A DNA stretch of 63,264 nt, counting the filler, from Globobulimina sp. (taxonomy: Eukaryota): NCBI GenBank assembly GCA_003354225.1. It is 30 parts of 30 records of this genome, joined end to end, with 100 filler letters (N's around TTAATTAATTAA, not from the genome) between each part and the next. Parts side by side here need not be neighbours in the genome. Positions count along the whole stretch, not along the records: positions 23,247 to 25,259 come from PIVH01009761.1; positions 25,360 to 27,372 come from PIVH01009762.1; positions 27,473 to 29,484 come from PIVH01009763.1; positions 29,585 to 31,596 come from PIVH01009764.1; positions 31,697 to 33,708 come from PIVH01009765.1; positions 33,809 to 35,820 come from PIVH01009766.1; 24 more parts are not named here. One strand, given 5' to 3'. Both the position numbers and the translations under genes were made by a program. Shown here one piece after another: positions 23,363 to 35,920 of the stretch. The notes under the pieces were generated by a model that saw only the letters and a program-made list of their open reading frames with translations, made no database searches and was not told the DNA's origin. Position 1 is the first letter of the stretch. Every line of letters begins with the position of its first letter.

Positions 23363-24715
23363 ATGGGAACTAGATTTACGAGACACAGCAAAGTGATCGA
23401 TAAACCACCAATTGCAAAGCAGATAAAAAATGAAAGTAATGCGCATCAACACACAGTGATTGATAACAAGATGATATTTATAACGCAAAAAATTGCATTT
23501 GATATTTCCGATTCATTATCATCATTAATCACTGGATATTTCAAGACACAAATTGCGGAGAATATATTACAAATTATCTGGAGTTATCTTTTCGAGATCG
23601 ATTCATTAAAACCTGTGCTTATATCATGTCAAGCACCAGAAAATATATTTAAATATGAATATATTGTTAAAGGAGAGAAGGAAGAAACTGTCCAATATAC
23701 CATACGAGGGCCAGTAAAAAGAGACAGTCTTACAAATAAAGTACAGCTCCGACATAAAATATTAATATTAGGCACTGCTCAGACTGGCAAATCGACCATA
23801 CTCAAACAACTTCGTTTTTTATACCAATCAAAGTTTACAGAATCTGAATTATTATCGGCGAAGCCACAAATAACTATGAATTTGATTGAAGCGATGAGGA
23901 CATTGGCAATTTATAGTGAGATATTTAAAGATCAGGACAAAAATACCAAAGTAAAAGCGAAAAATGAGAAAATAAGGGAAGAGATCTCCAGACTGGGCGA
24001 CAGAGAACAATTTACTGCCAAACGTTACAAAAGTTTTATTAAATTATACAATGACAAAGGAATTAGAAATACATTGAAATATTGCTCATTATTCCAGATC
24101 ATAGATACATATAAATATCTATTTGATAATATGCATAAATATTGCAATGATGAATATGTTCCAACAATGGACGATTTGTTACATCATTATCGGCGAACCG
24201 TTGGTGTGAATAGAATCGAATTTGAGGAGTATGAAAGCGATGCTTTTATTGAGATATTTGATATCTTTGATTGTGGCGGATTTAGAACGGAAAGATTAAA
24301 ATGGAAACATTTCTATGCGGAGACGGAAGTGGTTATTAATGTGATTAATTTGAATGGATATTTCCGATCGATTTGGGAGGACAATCGGGTGAACAGATTG
24401 ACGGAAGATATTGAATTGTTTGGCTATATTATTAATTTGAAGCAATTGATGGATGCACATTTTATTGTGTTTTTGAATAAATTTGATTTATTTTGTTCAC
24501 ATATTCAGTACGATGATATTAAAAATTATCATCTTGATTTTGTTGGAGATAATAAGAATGTGAAGGAAGTGCTGGAATATGTGATACATAAATTGTTACA
24601 ACAAGTTGATGATGAAAATAAGATGAGAAATATTCATTTTATTGCTACAAATGCTGTGAGTTCAACATGTATTAAAAATGCTTTTGAATATATACGGAAT
24701 GATGTCATTTATTAA
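23363..24715 (+). CDS. Divergent heterotrimeric G-protein alpha subunit with N-terminal extension
   Basis: MGTRFT myristoylation-type start; KILILGTAQTGKST, DCGG.RTER.KW.HF, FLNKFD, TNAV. Confidence 0.92.
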   Translation: MGTRFTRHSKVIDKPPIAKQIKNESNAHQHTVIDNKMIFITQKIAFDISDSLSSLITGYFKTQIAENILQIIWSYLFEIDSLKPVLISCQAPENIFKYEYIVKGEKEETVQYTIRGPVKRDSLTNKVQLRHKILILGTAQTGKSTILKQLRFLYQSKFTESELLSAKPQITMNLIEAMRTLAIYSEIFKDQDKNTKVKAKNEKIREEISRLGDREQFTAKRYKSFIKLYNDKGIRNTLKYCSLFQIIDTYKYLFDNMHKYCNDEYVPTMDDLLHHYRRTVGVNRIEFEEYESDAFIEIFDIFDCGGFRTERLKWKHFYAETEVVINVINLNGYFRSIWEDNRVNRLTEDIELFGYIINLKQLMDAHFIVFLNKFDLFCSHIQYDDIKNYHLDFVGDNKNVKEVLEYVIHKLLQQVDDENKMRNIHFIATNAVSSTCIKNAFEYIRNDVIY

Positions 24716-25391
24716 TCTGCAGTCACATTAATTTGTGCACGTGTTTAATATGTATAGACTACTTTTAATTGATATTAATATAAAAACAACAACAATATGT
24801 TGAGTGAGATACTTGAGAGCCTTTATACTTTACTTGAATGCTAAAAATGACCCATAAATAAAATGTAAGATATTCCATAAATATATATCCTAAATAAGTG
24901 CGGATTATATTTTATTGAAAATATTGTTTAGTTGTTTAATTTGGATTCTTTGTTTGTAAAAAATATCCCAAAACACATTTATTGTCGCGATTAACTCCAA
25001 AAGTTGAAGTCCGATCACCACAATGATTCGTTTGTTTGGATTTGCTTGGAATAGATTCAATATGTAATGCATTGGAGTAGATCCATAATGTTATTGTTCA
25101 TTGGCAAAATAATTATTGCAGCTGGGTATTTGGTCTCAGATTCGGAAATTCGAAACTCTGTGATATTTATTCATATCTTAATTCTCCGATTTCTCTCAAA
25201 TAAAAACCGTAACGCGCAATTAGTAAAAGAAGACCATACAAAAATGGGAATGTGTGGATNNNNNNNNNNNNNNNNNNNNNNNNNNNNNNNNNNNNNNNNN
25301 NNNTTAATTAATTAANNNNNNNNNNNNNNNNNNNNNNNNNNNNNNNNNNNNNNNNNNNNATCACCATATTACGCATGTTCATGTTAATGAT

Positions 25392-25925
25392 TTGAAAAAA
25401 CAAAGAATCATTTCGTCTATTTCGTTAAAATGCAAAGGATGCAAAGAAATAGTTACAGATTGGAAAATTTCAAAAAATGGAATGTATTGGGGAATTCGTT
25501 GCACTGGAAAGAAAAGTAACGATAAAAAATGTAACACTGGTTATTGGATGAAACCTCACACACCAACACCATTGAATGAGGGACATAAACGAATTATATG
25601 TGCGCAAATAAAATCAATGGACGAGTTACGTAATGAATTCATTGGCTTAAGAGGAATCCCGCCTACTTTACCGAAATGTACACAATCAACATCAACAGCA
25701 TCACCAATTCGACAGCAATCATATCAAAGATTACAAATATCATCTCCAGAATCACTAAGAACTCAACAAAATCAAGTAGTAGAACATTCATCAAGCATAC
25801 CACCAAGACTTACTCTTACATGTCAAATATGTTGGATGCAATATGATATACAATGTCATTTCAATGATGCACAATCTCTCAAAAAACATATGAATCAAAT
25901 CCACAGACAATCGTTTCAAATGTAA
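25392..25925 (+). CDS. Zinc-finger protein (N-terminal CxxC...C...C; C-terminal C2H2-like), probably 5' truncated
   Basis: CKGC...GIRC...KC..GYW and CQIC...LKKHMNQIH. Confidence 0.65.
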   Translation: MKKQRIISSISLKCKGCKEIVTDWKISKNGMYWGIRCTGKKSNDKKCNTGYWMKPHTPTPLNEGHKRIICAQIKSMDELRNEFIGLRGIPPTLPKCTQSTSTASPIRQQSYQRLQISSPESLRTQQNQVVEHSSSIPPRLTLTCQICWMQYDIQCHFNDAQSLKKHMNQIHRQSFQM

Positions 25926-25951
25926 CAATTTAAATATAATTAACGTAATTT

Positions 25952-27082
25952 TTATTTCATCATTTCTGGCAACTTAGCTGGCATTACTTGACAAACATGA
26001 CCCAAGAACGTTTGTGCTACATCAATAGTTGTATTATCTGTATGATTATTTCTGTAATCAGATTCCCATATCCAACTTCTTGCTAATGCAATATTTGAGC
26101 CACCAAGACCATAAGATGATTTACATTTTAATTTATCATGTTGAAAAGACGCTTCATCAGTATTATCATGCACTTTTCCATGTGCATCTAAATGTTCAGT
26201 TCCCAATTTTACCATCATATCATCCGAATGGCTGCATTGTTGCACTTGAAAATGTTCCGCTAAAATCTTCAACGCATTACTATCAGCAAAACCACAGCCA
26301 TCTGCCATTAAAGGAATTTTCCTGTTTTTTGCGCAAGCTGCAATAGTTAAATCCAAACAATGAGAGACACTTTCTGATCCAACAATAAATGTATATCTTC
26401 TATGTCTTTCTTTTTTTGTCCAATCTCTCTCAATCACTCTCCACCATGCTCTGTCATGCCAGTTGTGAGGCATACTCATTTTATAATATTTCCATTCATT
26501 TTTAAAAAATGTAGCATCAACTTCAACTGATGAGTCATTATCTCCTAATTTTATCACAATATGCTTTCTAACAATTCCAATAAAGTTTCTAATTTTAAGT
26601 CCCCATTTATATCCTGTTGTATATGCTTTGAATGAACCACATAACTCAGTCGCTGATTTAATTGATGTTGTGCTGTCAAAATAATAAATCATAAATTTTG
26701 TAAAACCACCAATTTGGTTTGCTGAAATAAACCCATCAAAAAAATCGGATCCATTCAACAATCTATAATGACATTCATGTTGCACTGACACAAATCTATC
26801 TTTTTCGCTGTTCCATTTCTTATGATAACCAAAACAACGCCATTCTAATGTCTCGATATCAAAATGCATGAATTGTTTGTTACAATTTAGTTTATAATAT
26901 TCGCATTTTGGTGCCACACTATTTATTGCACCATTTTGAACAAAACACCACACCAAAATGGCAGCCAAATTGCTTTTTTTATATGAATTATCACTCAACC
27001 AGTTGATTACTTGTGATGGTTGCTTACAATTAAATGAATTCGCAGGTCCAGTGAAACAGAAAGGTAATTCTAACAATGGCAT
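25952..27082 (-). mobile_element. Merlin / IS1595 (ISXO2-like) DDE transposase
   Basis: LG...VEVDATFF, VIER, MADG, CSHS, VHDNTDE, WIWESDYR follow the IS1595 motif order, with an N-terminal Cys cluster. Confidence 0.8.
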
Positions 27083-27472
27083 TTTAATATTTGCGATTCG
27101 ATAAAAACTGTTCGCTAAATCAGCGAGTAATACGTTTCTCTGTTACATCATTTACAAATATTAATTTTATTCATTACAGATATATAAGACATACTGTGAA
27201 TTGATTTTTTTTTGCTGTTTCAAATTTTCCATTTCGTATATATTTTTGATGAACAGCTTCAAAAACAGAGCCAATATGTTTACATTTTTTCTTATGATTT
27301 GGAATATCGCCATATTTATCATTACAATCACAATGCGTTTGCTTGATACATCTGCTGCTTTTTACACATATTNNNNNNNNNNNNNNNNNNNNNNNNNNNN
27401 NNNNNNNNNNNNNNNNTTAATTAATTAANNNNNNNNNNNNNNNNNNNNNNNNNNNNNNNNNNNNNNNNNNNN

Positions 27473-29328
27473 TTCCGGCGGATTGAGGGTGGATTTAAAT
27501 AAAGTGTTAATGTCGTTTGGTTCGTCATTATTTTCCATTGTTTTATATGGCACCATGTTGTATATTGAAGCAAAGCAAAATGGGTTGTCATTAGTTGAAT
27601 TTTTATGCGTGGTAATGACCGGTTCATTTAATTTCGTACCCAAATTACCGGCAATTGAACGAGGGAAATTAAAGCAAGATCTGGCGAGTGTAAATTGGCT
27701 ATATTATAAATTTACAAATACTGATATTGGGAATATTTTAATGGCATTCACGTCTCCGTACGCATATTGTAACCGTGTTAAGGTATAAATAGCGTCAGTA
27801 ATATTGCACAAAGTTGATGAAAACCAAGGGTCCGGACTTCGGATCGCATCTTATCCGACACCTTGGTTTTCATCCTGGTGCAATACTAAAATGATGTAAT
27901 TACGATAAGATCTCAAATTATACGATCCAGAAAATCCATCGTTTCTCAGGTAAGTTCTTTGGCAAACTTTTGGAGACCAAAGACGTCGAATTAATATATT
28001 CCTGGCGAGAGAGTCACATAAAAGACTGGTTTTTTATATTTGATATTGATGAATCGCAGTCCTTTGAATTTGAAGAGTTTGCGCGTTTAATTGTGTGCAT
28101 GAACTGTGTGAATCAATTATATTCATATTATAACTCAATCAAAAACGAAGCACCGCAATTAATATACTCCTATAACTACAATATTGACTCGGTCACAATC
28201 TATGAGTTTATAGAGATATTTAATTCGTTAGCTTCAAAGAATAAAAGTAATATTTATTGCATCTGGAAGCTTGACATATTGCTTAAGATCAAGTCCTCGA
28301 CAGAATGGTTACCATTGCTCGACCATTATAAGCCGCTGTATTACAGCATACACACCAACAATATCACAATGATTAGCATATTATCTGCATATAACTATTC
28401 TGACAAAGCTTATGAAAATAGGATCGAATTTGATAAATCATTGATTGAGTCCATTATTAATAAAAAATATAAAATAGCGATGATTATCTGCGAGAATAAA
28501 GGCATTCCCATTGTTGTTTATATCGATAGAGTAAAATTTAAACGATTACCAGGTTATATACAGAATAATAATCATAAGAATATGTATTTGTATGTTACTG
28601 TTCATGTTATGAATTGTGTTGAGTATAAAACGCGTGTGATTCCGATATCAGATGATAACGTTTTTGATGATTATATTTTATTTGTGATTCCATTTCAAAA
28701 GATTGGTAATTTTAGAGAGAGAAAGTATAATTCATTGGAATTTAGATTGTCATATAAATGTGAACCGGAAGAAGAGCAGAAAGAAAAAGAAGAAGAGGAT
28801 AGGAGTGGTAAATGGATGTTTATTGATAAAATAAGTATAAATATGAATGAATATAAACAAATATATAGAAAGCAGGCCGGTGAGATTCTTAATTTAATTC
28901 GACAAAAACAAGGAGGTATTATGCAAATGGGCATAGAGAGTGATAAAGAATATTACATTGAGGAAGAAGAAGAGAGTGAAAGTGATGAGGAGTTTGATGA
29001 TGAAATTGATGAAAGTTTCTATAACGTCGAGGTAAAAAATGAGGAAAATGATTTTTTAATATATAAAGTGTATTTTGGTGCATTGAATATTTACGAACAA
29101 CATGGTTTGACATATTTGGATGAAAATAATATTCATTTGTTACAATCTGTGGAGGAGTTAGGTAAATATGGTGATGATATAAATTATATAATGGATGAAG
29201 GGGATGAGGATTCTCCAGTAATTAAGCAAAACCAACAAGTATCATTAACTCAACAATTACCAGCTTCAGATTATGGCTCTACGAAAATAAATAACAAGAC
29301 TGATAAGACTATGACATACACCGTATAA
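27473..29328 (+). CDS. Membrane protein with EF-hand-like and C2-like domains (intron 27783-27909), 5' truncated
   Basis: A phase-0 intron joins ORFs 27483 and 27970; FDIDESQSFEFEEF EF-hand; YVTV...YKTRVI...VFDD C2-like. Confidence 0.65.
27802..27885. repeat. Palindromic MITE-like insert inside an intron
   Basis: GATGAAAACCAAGG/CCTTGGTTTTCATC plus outer TATTGCAC/GTGCAATA. Confidence 0.8.
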
Positions 29329-29655
29329 AAGTGACATGATTAAATAATACACCCAAATAGCCTAAAAAAACCTTTTTCCTAATGTCTCGTGACTCTCGTC
29401 ACAACTGCTAGTTATTAATAAATTTTTGGATATTTCTAACATTTTTAGCAATGTTGTATCATAAAATATGGAAATGTAAAAGAGNNNNNNNNNNNNNNNN
29501 NNNNNNNNNNNNNNNNNNNNNNNNNNNNTTAATTAATTAANNNNNNNNNNNNNNNNNNNNNNNNNNNNNNNNNNNNNNNNNNNNAGAGCATTTGGAAAAA
29601 CCCAACCCTGAATGTATAACAATTTAAATAAAGAACTAATTTTTACACTTTTACA

Positions 29656-31478
29656 CTAGTTGAAATGATATGGTAAACAAATATTTGCGTTATATTTTTT
29701 CTCCTCATTATGTTTGATTCTAAAGACGATAAAATCATTTGTATGATTTCTAATAAATTTATAATATGGTTTATATTCACTGAAATCAGATGGGAATATT
29801 TCCTCAGTTTCTTCATAATATTCATAACCATCAGGTACTCTCAAACAACAATCAATGATATATCCAGCTGCCTGTATATTACTCATATGATTCGCAATTA
29901 TCTCCTCCAACGAATCACTTTTATTAAGATGGACTTCCAAATCCATTCCAATAGCTCTCCAGCTACGATTAAAATAATTACCATCCACCTGCAATACCTC
30001 AAATCTTACTGTCAATGGAATCGAAGCTGTTTCATTCATTGATACCACTCCATTTAAAAATAAATCAAATTCTGTGCATATTGTTGGTAAAAACTGATGC
30101 GATGAATAAACATTAACATATTGAACATGTTGAACCTGCTGCACATTTGTTGATACATTACGTGGAGTAATCGGATCCGCTAAAACACATTTTGATGGAT
30201 CTAAATTGTCAAAAATATCTAATACTTCCGCATAATGTTGATATAAAATATGATCTCCTTCAAACTTTCGAATTGTATCAAATATATATTGTATAAACTT
30301 TTGTATACTCACTGTACTGCAAAATGCTTTGTTAATTATCGGCACTCTCAATGATATTCCTTTTTTATTCCGATTATAAACAGGATGCGGACATTCTGAT
30401 GGTTTGAAAATATTAATCGCCACAGATAGAGTATATAATGTTGCATCAAACATTAATAATTCATAATTATGGTCATATGGATTGTTAATTATACTTTGTG
30501 TTGGATCTACTGTTGTATTATAGGCATACTTTCCAGTGTCAAAGTCATAACTTCTGCGTAATAATGCAATATTCTTCGGATCAATGCAACCACCGGTACC
30601 TAGTGCAGAATTGTGCTCATTTAATAATTTTGCCACTTTGGTCTGCAGTGCAATGGGATAAGTTGCTGTTTGTATACGAATCACAAACCTTTCGTTATTT
30701 TGTAATAAAGAGTTATTCGTAACAGCATTAACATAAATTGTTTGTTTTTGGTGCATATCATAATATTCTTTGGTATTCTTGGCAAATGGAATCATGTTTT
30801 GATGATATTATATTTTACTTTGATTAATTTTCTGTTTGATCACTTTTTGTTTAGTATTTAATTCAAATGTTAATCGCATACAATTTACACATTCAGATTG
30901 ACGACATTTGGAAAATCCTCCCATTGGACCATGTTTATAAAATATTAATTTGCTGACGGAATTATCCATAGCTCCTAACTCCGACTGCCAACTATTATTA
31001 ATATCATCAGCATCATTAATTGAAATAAATTTGTCTTGTATATAGGTTGACATTTTTGCAATATCCACCTCTCCATTATATAAATTGTTTTGAAATAAAT
31101 TGTTTGATTGATCACATCAAAATATTCCAAAACTAACAATTTATTTAAATTATTAATATTATGTAATTCCATTAATTTTTTCTGTTCATTGCCATGGAAA
31201 CAAATAACGTTTCTTTTATCAATAAGCAAATAAGAACTATTTTTTATTTTTTGTGTCGCAGCACTTTGAGCATCAAATAAGACCGCAGACGCAATCCCAC
31301 ACTGTCTGGAATTTCCTAGATTGTTAAATATTAATTGATAGCATTCGGGAATATTATATTTTCGTTCCCATTCTTGGCAAATAGCAGAAAAGCGCATATT
31401 GGCATTGTAACGAATATCATTCATTTTATCAGGATATATGGTGGATAATATCAATGGTTCTTCACATTCCAATTCCAT
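29656..31478 (-). CDS. Three tightly packed uncharacterised ORFs (167, 86 and 379 aa)
   Basis: Long ORFs in AT-rich DNA; no motif recognised. Confidence 0.45.
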
Positions 31479-31991
31479 TAAGGTATTGTATCACAGGATG
31501 TAAAATTTGATATTCCATAAAATCTCCGTCTGTTTGTATGCATAAAACGAAAAGTTTTGATTCTGTGCAGCTAAAATATTAATAAATAGTGGCTGCNNNN
31601 NNNNNNNNNNNNNNNNNNNNNNNNNNNNNNNNNNNNNNNNTTAATTAATTAANNNNNNNNNNNNNNNNNNNNNNNNNNNNNNNNNNNNNNNNNNNNTAGG
31701 AAACTAAGGATAACGAGTGGTATATGAAGTGTTTCTGGGTCCCAATACATACACAAACAAGTCCTAGAAACACCGAGTACCCTTCCTAACAACACTATCT
31801 AGGTATCGCCGAATATAATTGTTTGAAAACAGAGAGGATTAGATGAAAACAGAGAGAAGTAAGCTAAGGTTGTTGAACTAAAGGTTTTTAAAGAATTATT
31901 CTCTGGCAATAAATATACAGTTGCTATTCATTTCTTTGGAGTAACATTTTGCCTCCAGATAAATGTAAAAGCGTTGCCATGAGTTTATGAT

Positions 31992-32678
31992 TTAATTATG
32001 ATAAAATACAAGTTCAGTTAATTTTGTATGTGACCATTTTCGCCCAACTGAGTAATTACTTTCATTATTTTTAGTTGTTGCTACCACATCCTTTACGAAA
32101 CATCTTTGGCCAATGATACTTTTATTTTCCTCACTATTCTTGCATAATAAAGCTGCTACTTGACACTGTTCAATTTGTTTGGTAGTTTGTTCAATATAAA
32201 ATAAATACGTTTCTCCACATTTTAATTGCAAATTTGTTTCACATTTTATAAACTGATTATCTCTTCCTCCGCCTGTAATGTTTAAATTTTCGAATAAAAT
32301 TTCTTCTGTCGACTGATGAGTCTCATTTGAATCCATTAATTCAAGTTTGGCGTTAAACAGACCGTCACCTGGCCATCTATCAAAGTCCCATGACGTAAAA
32401 TAACCCAATCTAATTGTGATACTTTCCAAAATATATTTACATTTACTACTTTTTGGTGGTGCTATATGTAAACATATTTCATTGCGCGATGGTCGCGGCG
32501 GTGAGGTTATAACATGTGCCGCTATTTCGCAACCAAGTGTTGATTCAATATAACCAATGTATGACGATATAATATGAGCAATATAGACTGGCACAATGCC
32601 AATTGCAATGGATTCAATAATTTCCAATTGTTTTCCTAACGGGTCATAAGAACCACATTCGAGAGAGACAGTTGCCAT
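31992..32678 (-). CDS. Uncharacterised protein
   Basis: Complete 228-aa ORF. Confidence 0.6.
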   Translation of the reverse strand: MATVSLECGSYDPLGKQLEIIESIAIGIVPVYIAHIISSYIGYIESTLGCEIAAHVITSPPRPSRNEICLHIAPPKSSKCKYILESITIRLGYFTSWDFDRWPGDGLFNAKLELMDSNETHQSTEEILFENLNITGGGRDNQFIKCETNLQLKCGETYLFYIEQTTKQIEQCQVAALLCKNSEENKSIIGQRCFVKDVVATTKNNESNYSVGRKWSHTKLTELVFYHN

Positions 32679-32799
32679 CTTCTGCTTTGAGTCTTATACT
32701 GAGAAAAAAACGGAGCTAAATTTTGAATTTTGGACTAAAACAAAATAATTGAAAAAGACATTCAAATTAAATAAAAGTGTATTGCAGAGTTGTTAGACA

Positions 32800-33459
32800 T
32801 TAATAGTTTTCATCATTATCATCATCAGAAGATATTTCGTCCAATGGGTCGCCCGTTCTTTTCTTCATCATATACCAAAAATCATCAGGAGATACTACAC
32901 CATCCCCATCTTTATCCGCCTCCTCAATCATTTCCTTTAATTCTTCATCATTTATATCCTCACCCAATTCCTGGCATATTTTTTTTAAATTTCTTAGTGT
33001 TATATAGCCGGTGTTATCTTCGTCAAACAAGCGAAATATTTTATTAATATCGTCTCTCGTATCGGCTTTGCATATTCTTCCAGTCATAATTTCTAAAAAT
33101 TCCTCGAAATTAATTTCATCTCCGATATCTTTATCTAATTCAAATCGAATTTTTTTTAATTCCTCTTTTTGTGCGTCATATCCCAACGCTTTCATTGCCG
33201 CCCGGAGCTCTTTCATATCAATGGTACCTATTCACGTTATTTACATATACAAAATGGAAATAAAAAATAATTCCGATTGCTGAGTATATTTACCTGAATT
33301 GTCTGTATCAAATAACTCAAATGCCTCTTTTAACTCTCTTTTCTGATTATCATTTAATTGCTGGTTCTGATGTTGTTTGTTGTAAACGTTTGATGGTCTT
33401 AATCTTCTTAATGGTTTCGATTTTGATTGGATTTGATGCCTCATTGGTTTCGACTGCAT
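32800..33459 (-). CDS. CETN: Centrin (intron 33228-33293)
   Basis: QKRELKEAFELFDTDNSG|TIDMKELRAAMKALG...FRLFDEDNTGYITLRNLKKICQELGE...EMIEEADKDGDG. Confidence 0.95.
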
Positions 33460-33589
33460 GGTGGATATATCAAATCAGACCAAAACATATTTGAATTGCA
33501 TAGGTGTTCAACATACCATGTTATTGTTGGGTAGCTTGGGATGAGAGCGAGATTGAGTAAAGTTTTTGCAAGTTACAACTTGTAGAATG

Positions 33590-33684
33590 AATTGACTTTG
33601 GCCAACTAAGTGATTTTCGAGACCGTTACATTTCATGTCTCCAATGTCTACACTTGTCTTTTAGATTGGCAATCCTAAATATGA
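33590..33684 (-). repeat. Dispersed 95-bp repeat, copy 2
   Basis: Matches 23260-23354. Confidence 0.95.
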
Positions 33685-34207
33685 TTTTTACGAGGGAATT
33701 TCGTATAANNNNNNNNNNNNNNNNNNNNNNNNNNNNNNNNNNNNNNNNNNNNTTAATTAATTAANNNNNNNNNNNNNNNNNNNNNNNNNNNNNNNNNNNN
33801 NNNNNNNNTTAGGTCAACTTCGAATACTAGGTTGAAAACCACTCTGGCTAACCCAAAAACCTTGCCAATCACAAAAGAAGTGTTTAGAAGTTTAAGCCTA
33901 AAAAGTCAATTATATATTTATAACTAGTTATAAATCAAAGCAAACAAACAGAGTTCAATTCAAAAAGGTAGCGTTTGTACGAAAAGAGCCACATATATAT
34001 ATAACAAAATTATAAATCTTGACAAAATAAAAAAAACATGAAAAAAAGGAGGAGGTTCTTCAAATAAAAAAATATATATTTTTGTTCTTATTTTTCGGGA
34101 TTATATATACATATTATAGTAGTTTTGTGTACGATTGTACACTATATATGTAATTATGTACTGTATACAAAAGTATTTTTTGTTTGCATGAAGAGCATCA
34201 TTTTAGT

Positions 34208-35371
34208 TCATATGCTTTCCATTGAATTACATCGCGTTTTAACAGTTTTCGATGTACAAAGTGGAGCAGAATGAGTTGTCGTCAATTTTGGAACATTTGT
34301 AGTTGGCAATATATCATCAATAATAACATCTGAAGTTGTTGATGTTGTCAGTGTCAGTATATCATCAATAATAACATCTGCATCATCTGTCATAAATTTA
34401 AATTTACGCTTTAACAATTCAACAGCGTTTAGTTTCGAAAAACTATTGATTTTAATATGTTGATCCATATTCACGTCCACATCACTAACAACATCACATT
34501 TTGCTATACCTCTTATGCTTGAATCACTCGCTAATGTTGCTTTAGTTGGCAATAAAACATAATTCCATAATTCTTTGCATACATTGGAGTCCATACATTT
34601 ACATATTTTACTATAAGGTTTCGCAAAAAACGAAAATGATAAAGAAAAACACACAAAATTTGTATAAATATTGATTGCGACAAACCATTCACTAAAAACA
34701 TGCACGAAATAGCTATTCTGCCAAAATGCAGCTTGTAAAAGCAACAAAGCACAACAAAGCACAGTAATTGACATAGATATCAATGTTAAAATTGTTATTT
34801 TTTTGATGATACCAATAAATTCTTTATTATCATCCCACATTTTGCAGACAGATTTTAATTTGGACAAAAATAATGTCGTTATTGCAGTTATAAAGAAAAT
34901 GTTGAATAAACATAATGTGAATGCACAAATAACCAATGAATGTGTTGTGGTGGTTAATAATACAATAAATACGGCTGTTGAGACGATAAATGCTAAAATA
35001 AAAAAGCGTACGATTGAAGTTGATAATTGCCAGGGTGTTCCACAAAAAATACACTGAGTACGAATAAAAAGTGAGATTATTAATGCTGTGTTTTGGCTAA
35101 AAACTGCATTACATCCAAACGATAACGGGTTGTCAGCCGTAATCTCAACTTTATAAGACACCAATTTCGAAAATGATTCGTAGAACAACGTAGATATCCC
35201 AATAAAGGCAATGATATGATATAATAATGCAGATATAAAGGATAGACTCTTTATATTTTGTGTTTTTTTGAGTTCAATGGCTGTTTTGCATGCGACAGCA
35301 ATAATTGATAGCAACAACACTGCATTGATACAACAGTATCCTAGTCCTACGTGATGGATTGTTGTCGTCAT
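34208..35371 (-). CDS. 7TM / GPCR-like membrane protein
   Basis: About 7 hydrophobic helices, Y..IC.C after the last helix, tail with DVIIDDIL x2. Confidence 0.65.
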   Translation of the reverse strand: MTTTIHHVGLGYCCINAVLLLSIIAVACKTAIELKKTQNIKSLSFISALLYHIIAFIGISTLFYESFSKLVSYKVEITADNPLSFGCNAVFSQNTALIISLFIRTQCIFCGTPWQLSTSIVRFFILAFIVSTAVFIVLLTTTTHSLVICAFTLCLFNIFFITAITTLFLSKLKSVCKMWDDNKEFIGIIKKITILTLISMSITVLCCALLLLQAAFWQNSYFVHVFSEWFVAINIYTNFVCFSLSFSFFAKPYSKICKCMDSNVCKELWNYVLLPTKATLASDSSIRGIAKCDVVSDVDVNMDQHIKINSFSKLNAVELLKRKFKFMTDDADVIIDDILTLTTSTTSDVIIDDILPTTNVPKLTTTHSAPLCTSKTVKTRCNSMESI

Positions 35372-35920
35372 CAGATGTACGTCAAAGCACTTATTTGTAC
35401 TTTCAAGTTAATGTCCAAACTCTGTGCCTAGTCCTAGATTGAAACTCTGTTCTTTTTTTTAAGTTAATTTGCAAAACTTTGTAATATCTATTATCTACCA
35501 CAACATCTTCACCAAAAGAGCAGTATATGTCCCTCCTGAAACACCCATACAAGGCTGGATAAATCGCGATTCTAAACATGAGCAAGATGTAAATGATGAA
35601 ACATGTCTCCTGCCAATATAGTCACAAACATGAAATTCCATCTATTTTAGACGCTAAAAACGTACCAAACATTCCTATAGCATAATTGTTTATTTTATTC
35701 ATATGTTTATTGTATATTGCAATGTATCTATACCAAGACCTGGATATATATTGAAAATGTTACAAAAAATGTTAGAAACAATGTAGTAACTAATTTATGC
35801 ATTTTCCACCACACCACACANNNNNNNNNNNNNNNNNNNNNNNNNNNNNNNNNNNNNNNNNNNNTTAATTAATTAANNNNNNNNNNNNNNNNNNNNNNNN
35901 NNNNNNNNNNNNNNNNNNNN

